Assembly: GCA_030390025.1 (NCBI GenBank)
Contig: CM059432.1
Span: 32,552,001 to 32,616,000, forward strand
Direction of reading: 5' to 3'
Source of the DNA: Squalus acanthias
Lineage: Eukaryota
Length of the DNA: 64,000 nt
The notes under the pieces are model-generated. The model was given only the letters and a program-made list of their open reading frames with translations, did no database searches and was not told the origin of the DNA. Position numbers and translations under genes: made by a program. Below are positions 1 through 12,404 of the stretch, piece by piece; within the stretch, counting starts at the first letter, position 1; each line of letters opens with the position of its first letter.

Positions 1-1160
1 AAGTATTCATTAAAAACCATACCCACGCCTTGCACCTCCACACAGGTTACCTTTTTGGTCTCTAATAGGCCCTACTCTTTCCTTCGTTATCCTCTTGCTC
101 TTTATGTATTTATAAAGCATCTTTGGATTTTCCTTGATTTTACTTGCCAATATTTTTTCATACCCTTTTGTTGCTTTCCTAATTTCCTTTTTAATTTCAC
201 CCCTGCACTTTCTATACTCCTCTAGGCTTTCTGCAGTATTGAGCTCTCAGTATCTGAATAAAACTTTCCTTTTCTTTATCCTACCCTGTATGCTCCTTGA
301 CATCCAGGGGGCTCTAGATTTGGGAGTCCCACCCTTTTTCTTTGTAGGAACATATTTGCTCTGAACCCTCACTATCTCCTCCTTGAAGGCCCCCCATTGC
401 TCTGACACTGATTTACCTTCAAGTAGCTGTTTCCAGTCTACTTTTACTAAATCCCAACTCTGCTTAGTAAAATTGGCCTTTCCCCAATTGAGAACTTGTA
501 CTCCTGATCTGTCTTTGTCCTTTTCCATAACTACGCTAAATCTAACTGAATTATGATCACCACCATCAAAATACTCTCCCACTGATGCCCCTTCCACCTG
601 CCCAGCTTCATTCCCGAAAACTATGTCCAGAACTGCCCCCTCTCTCGTTGGGCTTGCTATGTACTGGCTAAAAAGTTCTCCTGAATGCATTTTAAGAATT
701 TTGTGCCCTCTATACCTTTTACACTGATTCTATCCTAGTTAATATTAGGGTAGTTGAAATCCTCCAATATTACTGCCCTATTGTTTTTGCACTTCTCAAA
801 TTTTGCCTACATATTTGCTCTTCTATCTCCCTCTGACTGTTTGAGGGTCTATACTACACTCCCAACAGTGTGATTGCCCCTTTTTTGTTCTTCAGTTCAA
901 CCCATATGACCTTATTTGATCCTTCTAACATATCATGTCTTTCCTCACAGCTGTAATTGTTTCTTTAACCAATATTGCAACCTCCCTCCTTTTTTTTATA
1001 TCCCCCTCTCTTGTCTGAAAACCCTGTAACCAGGAATGTTGAGCTGCTATTCCTGCCCTACTTAAGCCATATTTGAGTAATAGTTATATCATACGTGTCT
1101 TTCTGTGCCCTCGGCTCATTTGCCTTATTCGCTAGACACCTTGCATTGCAGTAGACCATT
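1..1160 (-). mobile_element. CR1 LINE fragment, degraded ORF2 endonuclease region
   Basis: Minus-strand ORF 247-690 (PTREGAVLDIV...DHNSVRF...LNWGKANF) resembles the APE endonuclease end/linker of the CR1 ORF2 at 6907; further degraded EN motifs upstream. Runs off the window edge. Confidence 0.8.
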
Positions 1161-1860
1161 AAGTACTGCCAAACTCCTATCTTGCAGAGAAGCCCTAAAC
1201 CAAGCCTTCAGCATGTACTGCTATCTAGGTTGAGACTGCAGTGCATTGTCAGTGGTACCTTCCTACAGATGAAATGTTAAACGGAGGTCCTGTCTGCCTA
1301 TTCAAATTAATGTTAAAGCTGTAGTAGAAAAATGTTAGCGTTGGTATTCTGGAAGAAAGAGATTACTTGGGCTTCATCCCAATCCATCTTGTGATCGCAG
1401 CTTATTTCTTTTAAGTAAATTTACGTTTCCCATCATTTTTAAATTGCAAGTATGTTGGTTGATATGGGAGAGAACTAAGTTCAGTTTTTATTTGTAGGAT
1501 ATTTGTGTATGACTTTGGGGTGGTGAATCGGTGTCTTAAGGCAGTGATGATGTTGCTGCCTTAGACAGTTCTGCAGTCAATTAAAAAAAAAACACACAAT
1601 GCTTTTAACTCATGCCTGTTGGAGCCGCATGAATTCCATGACTTAAAAGGAGTGGTTGGATAAAGAAAGTACGCAGTCTACTTCCTCTGTATTTCCCCAC
1701 ACTTATCAGACACCTTAACACAATGTATTTTGATAGTATGTATGTTAATTGATATTCTGAATTGAGCAGATTGTTTCAAGGGTGCAGAGAATTTAAAAGA
1801 AACACTTACTTCATTTGGACTGATTTGAAATCTGATTTGTCTTATTTCCTTTTATAATAG

Positions 1861-2006
1861 GCAGTTTATGGATTCTTTGAGGATTGACCCAGAGTCGATA
1901 GATAATTTAGACATGTTTAATCATATCCCTCCAGTCCTGATGGAAAAGTGTGCAGCACTGAGCGTCCGACCAGACACTGTGAAAAGTTTGGTTCAGTCCA
2001 TGCAAG
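1861..2006 (+). CDS. PTPN23: PTPN23 (HD-PTP) internal coding exon, Bro1/V-domain region
   Basis: Acceptor tttataatag| and donor G|gtatgt; encodes QFMDSLRIDPESIDNLDMFNHIPPVLMEKCAALSVRPDTVKSLVQSMQ, matching HD-PTP. Confidence 0.95.
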
Positions 2007-2451
2007 GTATGTTACTGTGCAAATGTAAACCCTTCCACCTCTGGTTAAGTGATTGACATAATATATTACATGGATCTTAGCGATATTAAAATTTCTATAT
2101 TTTCAAAGTTCAGATGGTTTATTTTTCATTTTCTGTAACATATATAACTTATGGTGTAACCTGTTTTATTTTTGTGTGTATATGTATGTGTGTTTTTATA
2201 AAAATTAGTGCATACTGCTAAAACGGTGTCACCTAGCCACATCTGTGGCTAGTCAGCAACTTCTATTGGACAACGCCGTCCTAGCTGAGAATGGCCAACT
2301 TGGCACAGACTGTTTGAACCTGGGACCCCTTCTGGTCTCTACCATTCATTGTGTTGAACATTGAAAGCAGGACCCCACATGTTGATGAAAAAGATGGCAT
2401 TGGTTTAGCTGCATCGTTGACTTATTCAATTTCCCCCCCCCCCCCCCACAG

Positions 2452-2748
2452 TTCTGTCTGGAGTATACACTGACGTTGAAGCATCATTGAGAGAGTTAAG
2501 GGATCTTATCGACCAGGATGAATTAATGGAGCATAAATTTCAAGAGGCCACTGGAAAAAGGACCCCGCCAAGCGGAACGTCTGAACTCAGCAAGGAGTGG
2601 TCCAAGTACATGGAAGTGCATGAGAAGGCCAGCTTCACCAATACTGAGCTGCACAAGGCAATGAATTTACACATCAGTAATTTACGGCTGCTGAGTGGAC
2701 CCTTGGAAGATCTTCGTGCTGCTTTGCCAACTCCCACTGTCTCCGACG
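2452..2748 (+). CDS. PTPN23: PTPN23 coding exon, V/coiled-coil domain
   Basis: Poly-C tract then acag|; 297 nt, phase 1-1; VLSGVYTDVEASLRELRDLIDQDE...EVHEKASFTNTELHKAMNLHISNLRLLSGPL; donor G|gtatta. Confidence 0.95.
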
Positions 2749-3353
2749 GTATTAAACTATATTTTCTATCTGTTTAGGTATATAATTTGAGAGTAAGAAC
2801 CATGTTTTTTTTCTTGCCAATTTGATGCCCTGGAGTCACTGACTCCTTGCTGAATTATGGTTTCACGTGCCCTTCACTTTGTAGTTCATGGGTTCATTTT
2901 TTACGTGCTCACCTTCACTGTAGATATTGGTCGACGATTCAACTGTAGGGCTTCATCATAAACGGGCCTGACCTTGTCTGGGCCCTATACACACATGACA
3001 CTGGATACCTTCTCTTTCTTCTCTTTCCCCCCCCCCCCCCCCCCCCCCCAACCCAGAGACATATATATAATTCTTGAACTGGTAAGAAATGGCAGCATGG
3101 GATATTCTGCACATTTCACCTAGCTTTACATACTTCTGGGTCAAGTAGCTCCCAGACAATTTGTAAGCGTACTTTCCCTCTTTCCCCACCAACCCTATCT
3201 CAGAAAAGCAATCCACACAGTATCCGTGACAAATTTATTTCCTATATGTACACTGAATTTGCCCTTGTGTGTCTCCGTGTCTTTATTCAGATCACCTGCA
3301 CTACACAGTAAAGCTGCTTCAGAGCAGGAGTGTCTAATCTTCTGTTTTTTATG

Positions 3354-3455
3354 AACTTGATTTCATATCAATCTCTGTTACCGTCACACTTGTCCTGTCC
3401 TGTTCTCATTCCTAGGTAAAATTTTTGCCACTTGTTAGTTGGGAGTACTGGCAGT
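3354..3455 (+). repeat. Intronic ~100-bp segment duplicated at 4168-4264
   Basis: Near-identical direct repeat aacttgatttcatatcaatctctgttaccgtc...gttagttgggagta(c/t)tggcagt at both positions. Confidence 0.9.
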
Positions 3456-3532
3456 GACCGTGCATGGTTGTCGGCATCCTTATCTGAATGTACAGTAATG
3501 CTTAGCGTTGTTTTTGGCCCTGTGTTTTACAG

Positions 3533-3687
3533 AGGAAAAGGGCATTCTCCAGAATATGAAGCGTATTCTGTTGAAGGTTGAGGAAATGAGAGACCAGCGC
3601 TCCTCGCTCATACAGCAGCTCAGAGATGCCATTCAGAAGGACGACATCACTACAACTCTAGTGACAACGGACCATTCAGAAATGAAG
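3533..3687 (+). CDS. PTPN23: PTPN23 coding exon
   Basis: ttttacag| ... AAG|gtagat; EKGILQNMKRILLKVEEMRDQR...KDDITTTLVTTDHSEMK. Confidence 0.95.
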
Positions 3688-4259
3688 GTAGATAAGCAGC
3701 TGCAGCACACTGACAATGTGTAACGAATAAAGACTTCAGGCCCGTGCAGTTCAGGACAGTTCAAGTGCAATGTTGAAAACAGCCTTCACCAGCCCAGCTG
3801 ATGCTAACTGGATCCTGCAGCTTACACGCTCAACTCTGACCAGACTGTGCTTGTCAGATCTAAAACTGGGCCCAGTCAGATGGACTGTAATGGTGTTTTG
3901 CTGTACCGTGCACTAGCTACTTGGCCTAAATATTAGCCATGTTAATTATTGCAAGTTTAGTCCATATATTTCTTATTGCTGTTGTTTTTTTTATATCTCT
4001 CCTAGTTCATTCTCTTGGCCCTTGCTCTGAGTTCAGCGAGGGCTTGCCTAATTAAGAATTGCTGCTTAATTCAATTCTTCAGTTGTAAGAAGATAGTGAT
4101 TTTACAATAGTTGGTTTGCGGCCAGAAGATAATTTACTTTTGGTGATGGAGGGAAAGACAAATAGATAACTTGATTTCATATCAATCTCTGTTACCGTCG
4201 CACTTGTCCTGTCCTCATTCCTAGGTTAAACTTTTGCCACTTGTTAGTTGGGAGTATTG

Positions 4260-6666
4260 GCAGTCACACCCCTTAGGTTAGGTAGTGGTCAGAGACAGGA
4301 GGGTGTGACCGCAACTCCGGCAGGTAAGGGGACCCCAGGTGCAGTGCTGGAGGCGCCTCAGCCTTTGTCCTTGCCCAACAGGTATGAGGTTCTTGCTGCC
4401 TGTGTGGATGAGGGAAAAGCCTGTAGGATGGATGAGCAGGCTGACCATGGCACCATGGTGCAGGAGGCCATTGTGGGGGGAGTGAAAGGGAATGTAGTTA
4501 TAGTAGGGGACAGTAGAGTCAAGGGGATAGATACTGTTCTCTGCGACCGAGAGTTCCGAAAGTTGTGTTGCCTGCCAGGGTTAAAGACGACATTTCATGA
4601 CTGGAGAAGAACTTGGAGGGGGAGGATCTAGTTTTCGTGGTCCACGTAGGCACCAACGACATGTAGAACTAGGAATGAGGTTCTGCTGAGGGAGTTTGAG
4701 GAACTAGGAGCCAAATTAAAAAGCAGAACCTCCAAGGTAATGATCTCGGGATTGTTACCTGAGCCACGCGCAAATTGGCATAGGGACAAACAGATTAGAG
4801 GTTTAAATGCATGGCTTAGAGTGGTGGGGGAGGGAAAGGGTTTCGGTTCATGGGACACTGGCACCAGTACTGGGGAAAGCGGGAGCTATTCCGTTGGGAC
4901 GCGCTCCACTTAAACCGGGCTGGGACCAACTTCCTGGCGAACCGAATAACTAGGGCAGTAGACAGGGCTTTAAACTAATGAAGGTGGGGGGGCAGGAGGA
5001 TTCAGGAAAGAGTAAATTTAAAAGCAGTGTAGTAGAACAGAGTAGAGTTTTGGGTAAAAATAAGCAGTGGGTCAGGAACGGACAGAGAGAGAGTAACAAA
5101 GGTAATAAGGCATCGGTGACACGGAAAAAGAGAAATAAGTCAAAGCTAAAGGCACTATATCTGAGTGCGCGAAGCATTCGCAACAAAATAGGTGAATTAA
5201 TAGCGCAGCTAGAAATTAACAGGTTTGATCTAATAGCCATAACGGAGACGTGGTTGCAAGGTGGCCAAGGTTGGGAACTAAATATTCCAGGTTACGTAAC
5301 TTTTAGAAGGAATAGGCAAAATGGAAAAAGAGGAGGGGTAGTCCTGATAATATAGGATGGGATAAAGACAGTAGAGAGAAAGGATCTTTGCTCCGACAAT
5401 CAAGAAGTAGAATCAGTTTGGGTGGAGCTAAGAAACCGCAAGGGGCAGAAAACATTGGTGGGAGTTGTTTGTAGGCCCCCAAACAGTAGTTGTAATGTAG
5501 GGCAGAGTATAAATCAGGAAATTAGAGGTGCATGTAACAAGGATAATGCAGTAATCATGGGGGACTTTAATCTGCATATAGACTGGGCAAACCAAATTTG
5601 CAGTAATAGTGCAGAGGCCGAATTCATGGAATGTATGCAAGATAGTTTTCTAGATCAGTATGTTGAGGAACCGACTAGGGAACAGGCTATTTTAGACCTA
5701 GTAATGTGCAATGAGAAAGGGTTAATTAAAAGGGGCCTTTAGGGAAGAGTGACTATAATATGATAGAATTTTATATTGAGTTTGAAAGTGACTTGGTTAA
5801 ATCTGAAACTAGGGTCTTAAATCTAAACAAAGCAAACTATGTAGGTATGAGGGGCAAGTTGGCTAAGGTAGATTAAAATATGACTGTGGACGAGCAATGG
5901 CAAGCATTTAAAGAATTAATACATAATTTACAACAAATATACATTCCATTAAGGCACAAAAACCCCACAGGAAAAGCGGTCCAACCGTGGCTAACGAGAA
6001 GTTAAAGATAGTATTAAATCAAAGGAAGAGGCTTCTAATGCTGCCAGAAAGAGCAGTAAGCCTGAGGATTGGGAGGATTTTAGAATTCAGCAAAGGAGGA
6101 CCAAGAAATTGATAAAAGAAAAATAGAATGAGAGTAAATTAGCAAGAGACATAAAAACAGACTGTAAAAGCTTCTATAGATTAGCAAAAGTAAATGTGGG
6201 TCCCTTACAGGCTGAGACAGGAGAAATTATAATGGGGAATAAGGAAATGGCAGAGAAATTAAACAAATAATGTTCTGTCTTCACGGAAGAAGACGCAAAA
6301 AACTTCCTGGAAATAGTGGTCAACCAAGGGTCTAGTGAGAAGAGCAACTGAAAGAAATTAGTATTAGTAAAAAAGTAGTACTGGAGAAATTAATGGGACT
6401 GAAAGCCAATAAATCCCCTGGACCTGATGGCCTAAATCCTAGGGTTTTGAAAGAGGTGGCTATAGAGATAGTGGATGCATTGGTTGTCATTTTCCAAAAT
6501 TCCATAGATTCTAGAACGGTTCCCACGGATTGGAAGGTAGCAAATGTAACCCCACTATTTAAGAAAGGAGGGAGAGAGAAAACGGGGAACTACAGACCAG
6601 TTAGCCTGACATCAGTAGAGGGAAAATGCTAGAATCTGTTATTAAGGACATGATAACAGGGCACTT
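4260..6666 (+). mobile_element. Outer (older) CR1 LINE, 5' part: ORF1 esterase remnant plus ORF2 endonuclease/RT start
   Basis: ORF1-like VIVGDS and DxLHLN (SGNH-like) motifs; ORF2 [47 protein letters not shown]; many frameshifts and stops. Confidence 0.9.
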
Positions 6667-6906
6667 GGCTAGGGTAAATAAAATCAGGGAGTTGAATGCG
6701 TGGCTCAAAGACTGGTGTGGGAAAAATGGGTTTTGCTTCTTGGGACACTGGCACCAGTACTGGGGCAGGAGAGAGCTGTTCCGTTGGGACGGACTTCACT
6801 TGGCCAGTGCTGGGACTAGTGTCCTGGCGAATCGAATAACTAGGGCTGTGGAGAGGGCTTTAAACTAATTAGTGGGGGGGAGGTTTCAAGAGAGCAAAAA
6901 ATAAAA

Positions 6907-9051
6907 ATGACAACAGAGAGGGTCATAGACATAGGTAGCAGTAGGGGAATCACAAATCAGAGCGTGGCAGGAAGGGACAGAGTGTGTGGAGTAAAAGGTA
7001 AACTGGTAAAAAGTGAAAAAGCAGGAACTAAGTGCCACAAAGCATATTTGAAAGTTCTCTATCTGAATGCACGTAGCATTCGTAACAAAATAGATGAGTT
7101 AATGGCACAAATAACTACATATGGTTATGATATTGTGGCCATTACAGAAACATGGCTGCAGGGTGACAATGCCTGGGAATTAAACATACCAGGTTATTTA
7201 ACGATCAGGAAGGACAGGCAGGAAGGAAGGGGAGGTGGGGTGGCTATGTTAATAAAGGAAGGAATCACTGTAATACAGAGTAATGATATTGGGTCAAAAA
7301 ATCATGATAATGAAACAGTTTGGGTGGAGATAAGGAATAATAAGGGGAAAAAAACATTAGTGGGCGTAGTCTATAGGCCTCCGAACAGTTGCAACTCTAT
7401 TGGACGGAGTATCAATCAGGAAATAGTTGAGGCATGTAATAAGGGAACATCTATAATTATGGGGGATTTTAACTATCATATTAATTGGACAAATCAAATG
7501 GGGCAGGGCTGCCTTGAGGATGAGTTCATTGAGTGTATTAGGGATGGGTTTCTTGAGCAGTATGTAACTGAACCGACCAGGGGGCAAGCAACCTTAGATC
7601 TGGTCCTGTGTAACGAGACAGGATTAATTAAAAATGTCCTAGTAAAGGATCCCCTTGGAATGAGTGACCATAACATGGTTGAATTCCATATTCAATTAGA
7701 GGGTGAGAAGGTTGGATCTCAAACAAGCGTGCTAAGCTTGAATAAAGGAGACTATGAAGGTATGCGAGCGGAATTGAGTAGAGTGGATTGGGAAAATAGA
7801 TTAAAGGGTAAGACGACACATGATCAGTGGTGTACATTCAAGGAGTTATTTTACAACTTCCAAAAAAAATATATTCCACTGAAAAGAAAAGGGTGTAAAA
7901 GAAAGGACAGTCATCCGTGGCTAAGTAAAGAAATTAAGGATAGTATTCGACTAAAAACAAGGGCATATAAGGTAGCGAAATCTAGTGGGAGGACAGAGGA
8001 TTGGGAAAACTTTAAAAGGCAGCAAAAAATAACAAAAAGATTGATTAAGAAAGGGAAGATAGATTATGAAAGTAAATTAGCAAAAAATATAAAAACAGAT
8101 AGTAAGAGTTTTTATAGTTATATAAAAAGAAAAAGGGTGGCTAAAGTAAATGTTGGTCCCTTAGAGGATGAGACCGGGAAATTAATGGTGGGAAATATGG
8201 AGATGGCAAAAACACTGAATGAATATTTTGTATCAGTCTTTACAGTAGAGGACACTAAGAATATCCCAACACTGGACAAACAGGGGGCTATAGGGGGAGA
8301 GGAGCTAAACACGATCAAAATCACTAAGGAAGTGGTACTCGGTAAAATAATGGGACTCAAGGCGGATAAATCACCTGGACCTGATGGCTTACATCCTAGA
8401 GTCTTGAAGGAAGTGGCGGTAGGGATTGTAGATGCATTGGTAATAATTTTTCAAAACTCCCTGGATTCCGCTAAGGTCCCGGCAGACTGGAAAACTGCTA
8501 ATGTAACACCCTTATTTAAAAAGGGCAGTAGACAGAAGGCTGGTAACTATAGACCGGTTAGCCTAACATCTGTGGTAGGTAAAATTTTGGAGTCCATTAT
8601 TAAGGAAACAGTAACAGGACATTTGGGTAATCATAATTTAATAGGACAAAGTCAGCATGGTTTTACGAAGGGGAAGTCATGTTTGACAAATTTGCTGGAG
8701 TTCTTTGAGGAAGTAACATATAGAGTGGATAAAGGGGAACCAGTGGACGTAGTGTATTTAGACTTCCAAAAGGCATTTGACAAGGTGCCACACAAAAGAT
8801 TATTGCTTAAGGTAAAAAATCATGGAATTGGGGGTAATATTCTGGCATGGATAGAGGATTGGCTATCTAACAGAAAGCAAAGAGTTGGGATAAATGGTTC
8901 ATTCTCAGACTGGCAATCAGTAACTAGTGGTGTTCCACAGGGGTCAGTGCTGGGTCCCCAACTCTTCACAATCTATATTAACGATTTGGAGGAAGGGACC
9001 AAGTGTAACATATCAAAATTTGCAGATGATACAAAGATGGGAGGGAAAGTA
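6907..9051 (+). CDS. CR1 ORF2 (APE endonuclease + reverse transcriptase), N-terminal 715 codons
   Basis: Open frame with [46 protein letters not shown] and FADDTK; interrupted only by the SINE at 9052. Confidence 0.92.
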
Positions 9052-9484
9052 ACATAGAAACATAGAAACATAGAATCTAGGAGCAGGAGTAGGCCATTCG
9101 GCCCGTCGAGCCTGCTCCGCCATTCAATACGATCATGGCTGATCATCCAAATCCAGTACCCTGTCCCTGCTTTAATCCCCACAGTACACATATCCCACCC
9201 TACCCCCGTAACCCCACGTATTTAATTCCCCCTAACATATCCCATCCTATCCCCATAACCCCACATATTTAATCCCCCCTAACACTAAGGGTCAATTTAT
9301 CATAGCCAAATCAACCTAACCCACACATTTTTGGACTGTGGGAGGAAACCGGAGCACCCGGAGGAAACCCACGCAGACACGGGGAGAATGTGCAAACTCC
9401 ACACAGACAGTCACCCGAGGTCAGATTCGAACCTGGGTCTCTGGCGCTGTGAGGCACCAGTGCTAACCACTATGCCACCGTGTT
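9052..9484 (-). mobile_element. HE1-like V-SINE (tRNA head, V domain, CR1-derived tail)
   Basis: Minus strand reads CACGGTGGCATAGTGGTTAGCAC (A box) ... GGTTCGAATC (B box), V-domain GGGTTTCCTCCGGGTGCTCCGGTTTCCTCCCACAGTCC, then a CR1 3' tail and (TTCTATGT)n. Flanked by gta/gta; internal ~47-bp tandem duplication near 9188-9283. Confidence 0.88.
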
Positions 9485-9487
9485 GTA

Positions 9488-10294
9488 GTGAGTGAGGAGG
9501 ACATAAAAAACCTGCAAGGGGACATAGACAGGCTAAGTAAGTGGGCAGAGATTTGGCAGATGGAATACAACACTGGAAAGTGTGAGGTGATGCACTTTGG
9601 CAGGAAAAATCCTAGAGCAATTTATTATCTTAATGGCAAGAAACTGGAGAGTACTGAAGTGCAAAGGGATCTGGGGGTCCTGGTGCACGAAACTCAAAAG
9701 GTTAGTATGCAGGTGCAGCAAGTGATTAAGAAGGCAAATGGAATGTTGGCTTTCATTGCTAGGGGGATAGAATATAAAAATAGGGAGGTATTGCTTCAGT
9801 TGTACAAGGTATTGGTGAGACCGCACCTGGAATACTGCATACAGTTTTGGTGTCCTTACTTAAGGAAAGACATCCTTGCTCTCGAGGCAGTGCAAAAAAG
9901 GTTCACTCGGTTAATCCCGGGGATGAGGGGGTGGTCATATGAGGAGAGGTTGGGTAGATTGGGACTCTACTCATTGGAGTTCAGAAGAATGAGAGGCGAT
10001 CTTATTGAAACATATAAGATTGTGAAGGGGTTGGATCGGGTGGATGCGGGGAGGATGTTCCCGATGACGGGTGAGACGAGAACTAGGGGACATAGTCTTA
10101 GAATAAGGGGCTGCTCTTTCAAAACTGAGATGAGGAGGAACTACTTCACTCAGAGGGTGGTAGGTCCATGGAATATGCTGCCACAAAAAGCTGTAGAAGC
10201 TACAACATTAATTAAATTTAAAACAGAAATAGACAGTTTCCTAGAAGTAAAGGGCATTAAGGGTTACGGGGAGCGGGCAGGAATTTGGACATGA
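9488..10294 (+). CDS. CR1 ORF2 C-terminal 268 codons (continuation after the SINE)
   Basis: VSEEDIKNLQGDIDRL...RDLGVLVH...LVRPHLEYCIQFW...RGDLIETYKI; in frame with 6907-9051 once the SINE is removed. Confidence 0.92.
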   Translation: MSEEDIKNLQGDIDRLSKWAEIWQMEYNTGKCEVMHFGRKNPRAIYYLNGKKLESTEVQRDLGVLVHETQKVSMQVQQVIKKANGMLAFIARGIEYKNREVLLQLYKVLVRPHLEYCIQFWCPYLRKDILALEAVQKRFTRLIPGMRGWSYEERLGRLGLYSLEFRRMRGDLIETYKIVKGLDRVDAGRMFPMTGETRTRGHSLRIRGCSFKTEMRRNYFTQRVVGPWNMLPQKAVEATTLIKFKTEIDSFLEVKGIKGYGERAGIWT

Positions 10295-10530
10295 GTCTAG
10301 GTTCGGATCGGTCATGGCCCTGTGGGTAGTGGAGCGGGCCCAGGGACTGTGTAGCCTGATTCTGCTCCTATTTCGTGTGTGCAATTCTGTTAGATGCAGG
10401 AGATGGTTCTGTGATAGATAGTAGATTGGCGGTTAGGATCAGATCAGCCATGATCTTATTGAATGGCGGAGCAGGCTCGAGGGGCCGATTGGCCTACTCC
10501 TGCTCCTATTTCTTATGTTCTTATGTTCTT

Positions 10531-11801
10531 AGGGCACTTAGAAAATAATAATAGGATTGGGCAGTCAACATGGGAAAGGGAAATTGTGTTTGACAAATCT
10601 TTGAATTTTTTGAGGTTGTAACTAGCAGAATAGATAAAGGGGAACCAGTGGATGTGGTGTATTTGGATTTTCAGAAGGCATTCGATAAGGTGCCACACAA
10701 GAGGTTAATAAACAAAATTAGGGCTCATGGGATTGGGGGTAATATACTAGCATGGATTGGTTAACGGACAGAAAACAGAGAGTAGGAATAAACGGGTAAT
10801 TTTCAGGTTGGCAGGCTGTAACTATTGGGGTACCGCAAGGATCAGCTATTCACAATCTACATCAATGATTTGGATGAGAGGACCAAATGTAATATATCCA
10901 AGTTTGCTGATGATACAAAGCTGGGTGGGAATGTAAGTTTGTGAGGAGGATGGAAAGAGGCTTCAAGGGGATATAGACAGGCTAAGTGAGTGGGCAAGAA
11001 CATGGCAAATGCAATATAATGTGGAGAAATGTGAAGTTATCCACTTTGGTAGGAAAAATAGAAAAGCAGAGTATTTTTTAAATGGTGAGAGATGTTGGTG
11101 TTCAGAGGGACCTGGGTGTCCTTGTACACAAATCACTGAAAGTTAACTTGCAGGTACAGCACTCAGTTAGGAAAGCAAATGGTATGTTGGCCTTTATTAC
11201 AAGAGGATTTGAGTATAAGAGTAAAGACGTCTTACTGCAATTATATAGGGCCCTGGTGAGACCACACCTGGAGTATTGTGTACAGTTTTGGTCTCCTTGC
11301 CTAATGAAGGATATACTTGCTGCAGAGGGAGTGCAACGAAGGTTCACCAGACTGGTTCCTGGGATGGGGGGATTGTCCTAATGAGGAGAGATTGAGTAGA
11401 CTAAGCCTATATTCTCTAGAGTTTAGAAGAATGAGAGGTGATCTCATTGAAACATACCAAATTCTTACAGGGTAGATGCAGGGAGGATGTTTCCCCTAGC
11501 TGGGGAGTCCAGAACCAGGGGTCACAGTCTCCAGAATAAGGGGTCGACCATTTAGGATTGAGATGAGGAGAAATTTCTTCACCTCGGGTGGTGAATCTTT
11601 GGAATTCTCTACCCCAAAGGGCTGTGGCGGCTCAGTTGTTGAGTATATTCAAGACTGAGATCGATAGATTTTTGAATATTAAGGGGATATGGAGATAGTG
11701 CAGGAAAGTGGAGATGAGGTAGAAGATTAGCCATGATCTTATTGAATGGTGGAGCAGGCTCGAAGCGCCAAATAACCGACACCTGCTACTATTTCTTATG
11801 T
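10531..11801 (+). mobile_element. Outer CR1 LINE, 3' part (RT C-terminus and 3' tail)
   Basis: Resumes at [31 protein letters not shown] and RPHLEYCVQFW motifs; tail ...ctatttcttatgtt about 55 bp upstream of the next PTPN23 exon. Confidence 0.9.
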
Positions 11802-11855
11802 TATAACGTTCATGATTATGTAACCTGTACAATTTGTACCTTTCTATAATTGCAG

Positions 11856-12007
11856 AAACTTTTTGAAGAACAGCTGAAGAAATATGACCAACTGAAAGTG
11901 TACATTGATCAAAACCTTGCTGCCCAAGAAAACATCTTGAAAGCCTTGACGGATGCTAATGTCAAATATGCTGCAGTTAGGAAAGCTCTCGCTGAAGCAG
12001 AACATAA
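11856..12007 (+). CDS. PTPN23: PTPN23 coding exon (not in the ORF track)
   Basis: ttgcag|AAA CTT TTT GAA...; KLFEEQLKKYDQLKVYIDQNLAAQENILKALTDANVKYAAVRKALAEAEH; AA|gtgagt; phase 0-2. Confidence 0.95.
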
Positions 12008-12404
12008 GTGAGTAGCTGCTCTAGGGAGAGGTGTTTGATGTTTAGTGAAACATTTTCTCTGCAAAATACACTGTGTTGCTGTATACACACCAGGAAAGTC
12101 CCATGTTTAATCTCTGGTCTGTGCAATAGTAGTGAACTTGGTTATAGTTGGCTTCTAGGCTAGGGCGCCAGAGTTACAGCTTCTGATCACCATTCAGCAA
12201 CCCCTGCATATTAATGGATGTTTTGGTGAGAACAGAGTCGGATTTACATGTGATCCCCACCTCAGTTGAATAGTCTTCCAGTGATTGCTTTCTGAGTTCA
12301 CACTAGGGTTGGCCAGTTGGATGAAGCACTTAGAACACTTGCAACCATAGTCCAGCAAGTGTGCCTTCATGTGAGGAGGTGAGAAAATTAGTGGGAAGAG
12401 TGTC

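Larger units (their letters stand above)
6667..10530 (+). mobile_element. Inner (younger) 5'-truncated CR1 LINE inserted in the outer CR1
   Basis: 9-bp TSD agggcactt at 6658-6666 and 10531-10539; ends in a (TTCTTATG)n tail; contains the ORF1 C-terminus and all of ORF2. Confidence 0.93.

Noticed and set aside
9420..9484. tRNA gene
   Set aside because: It is the tRNA-derived head of a SINE, continuous with the V domain and tail.
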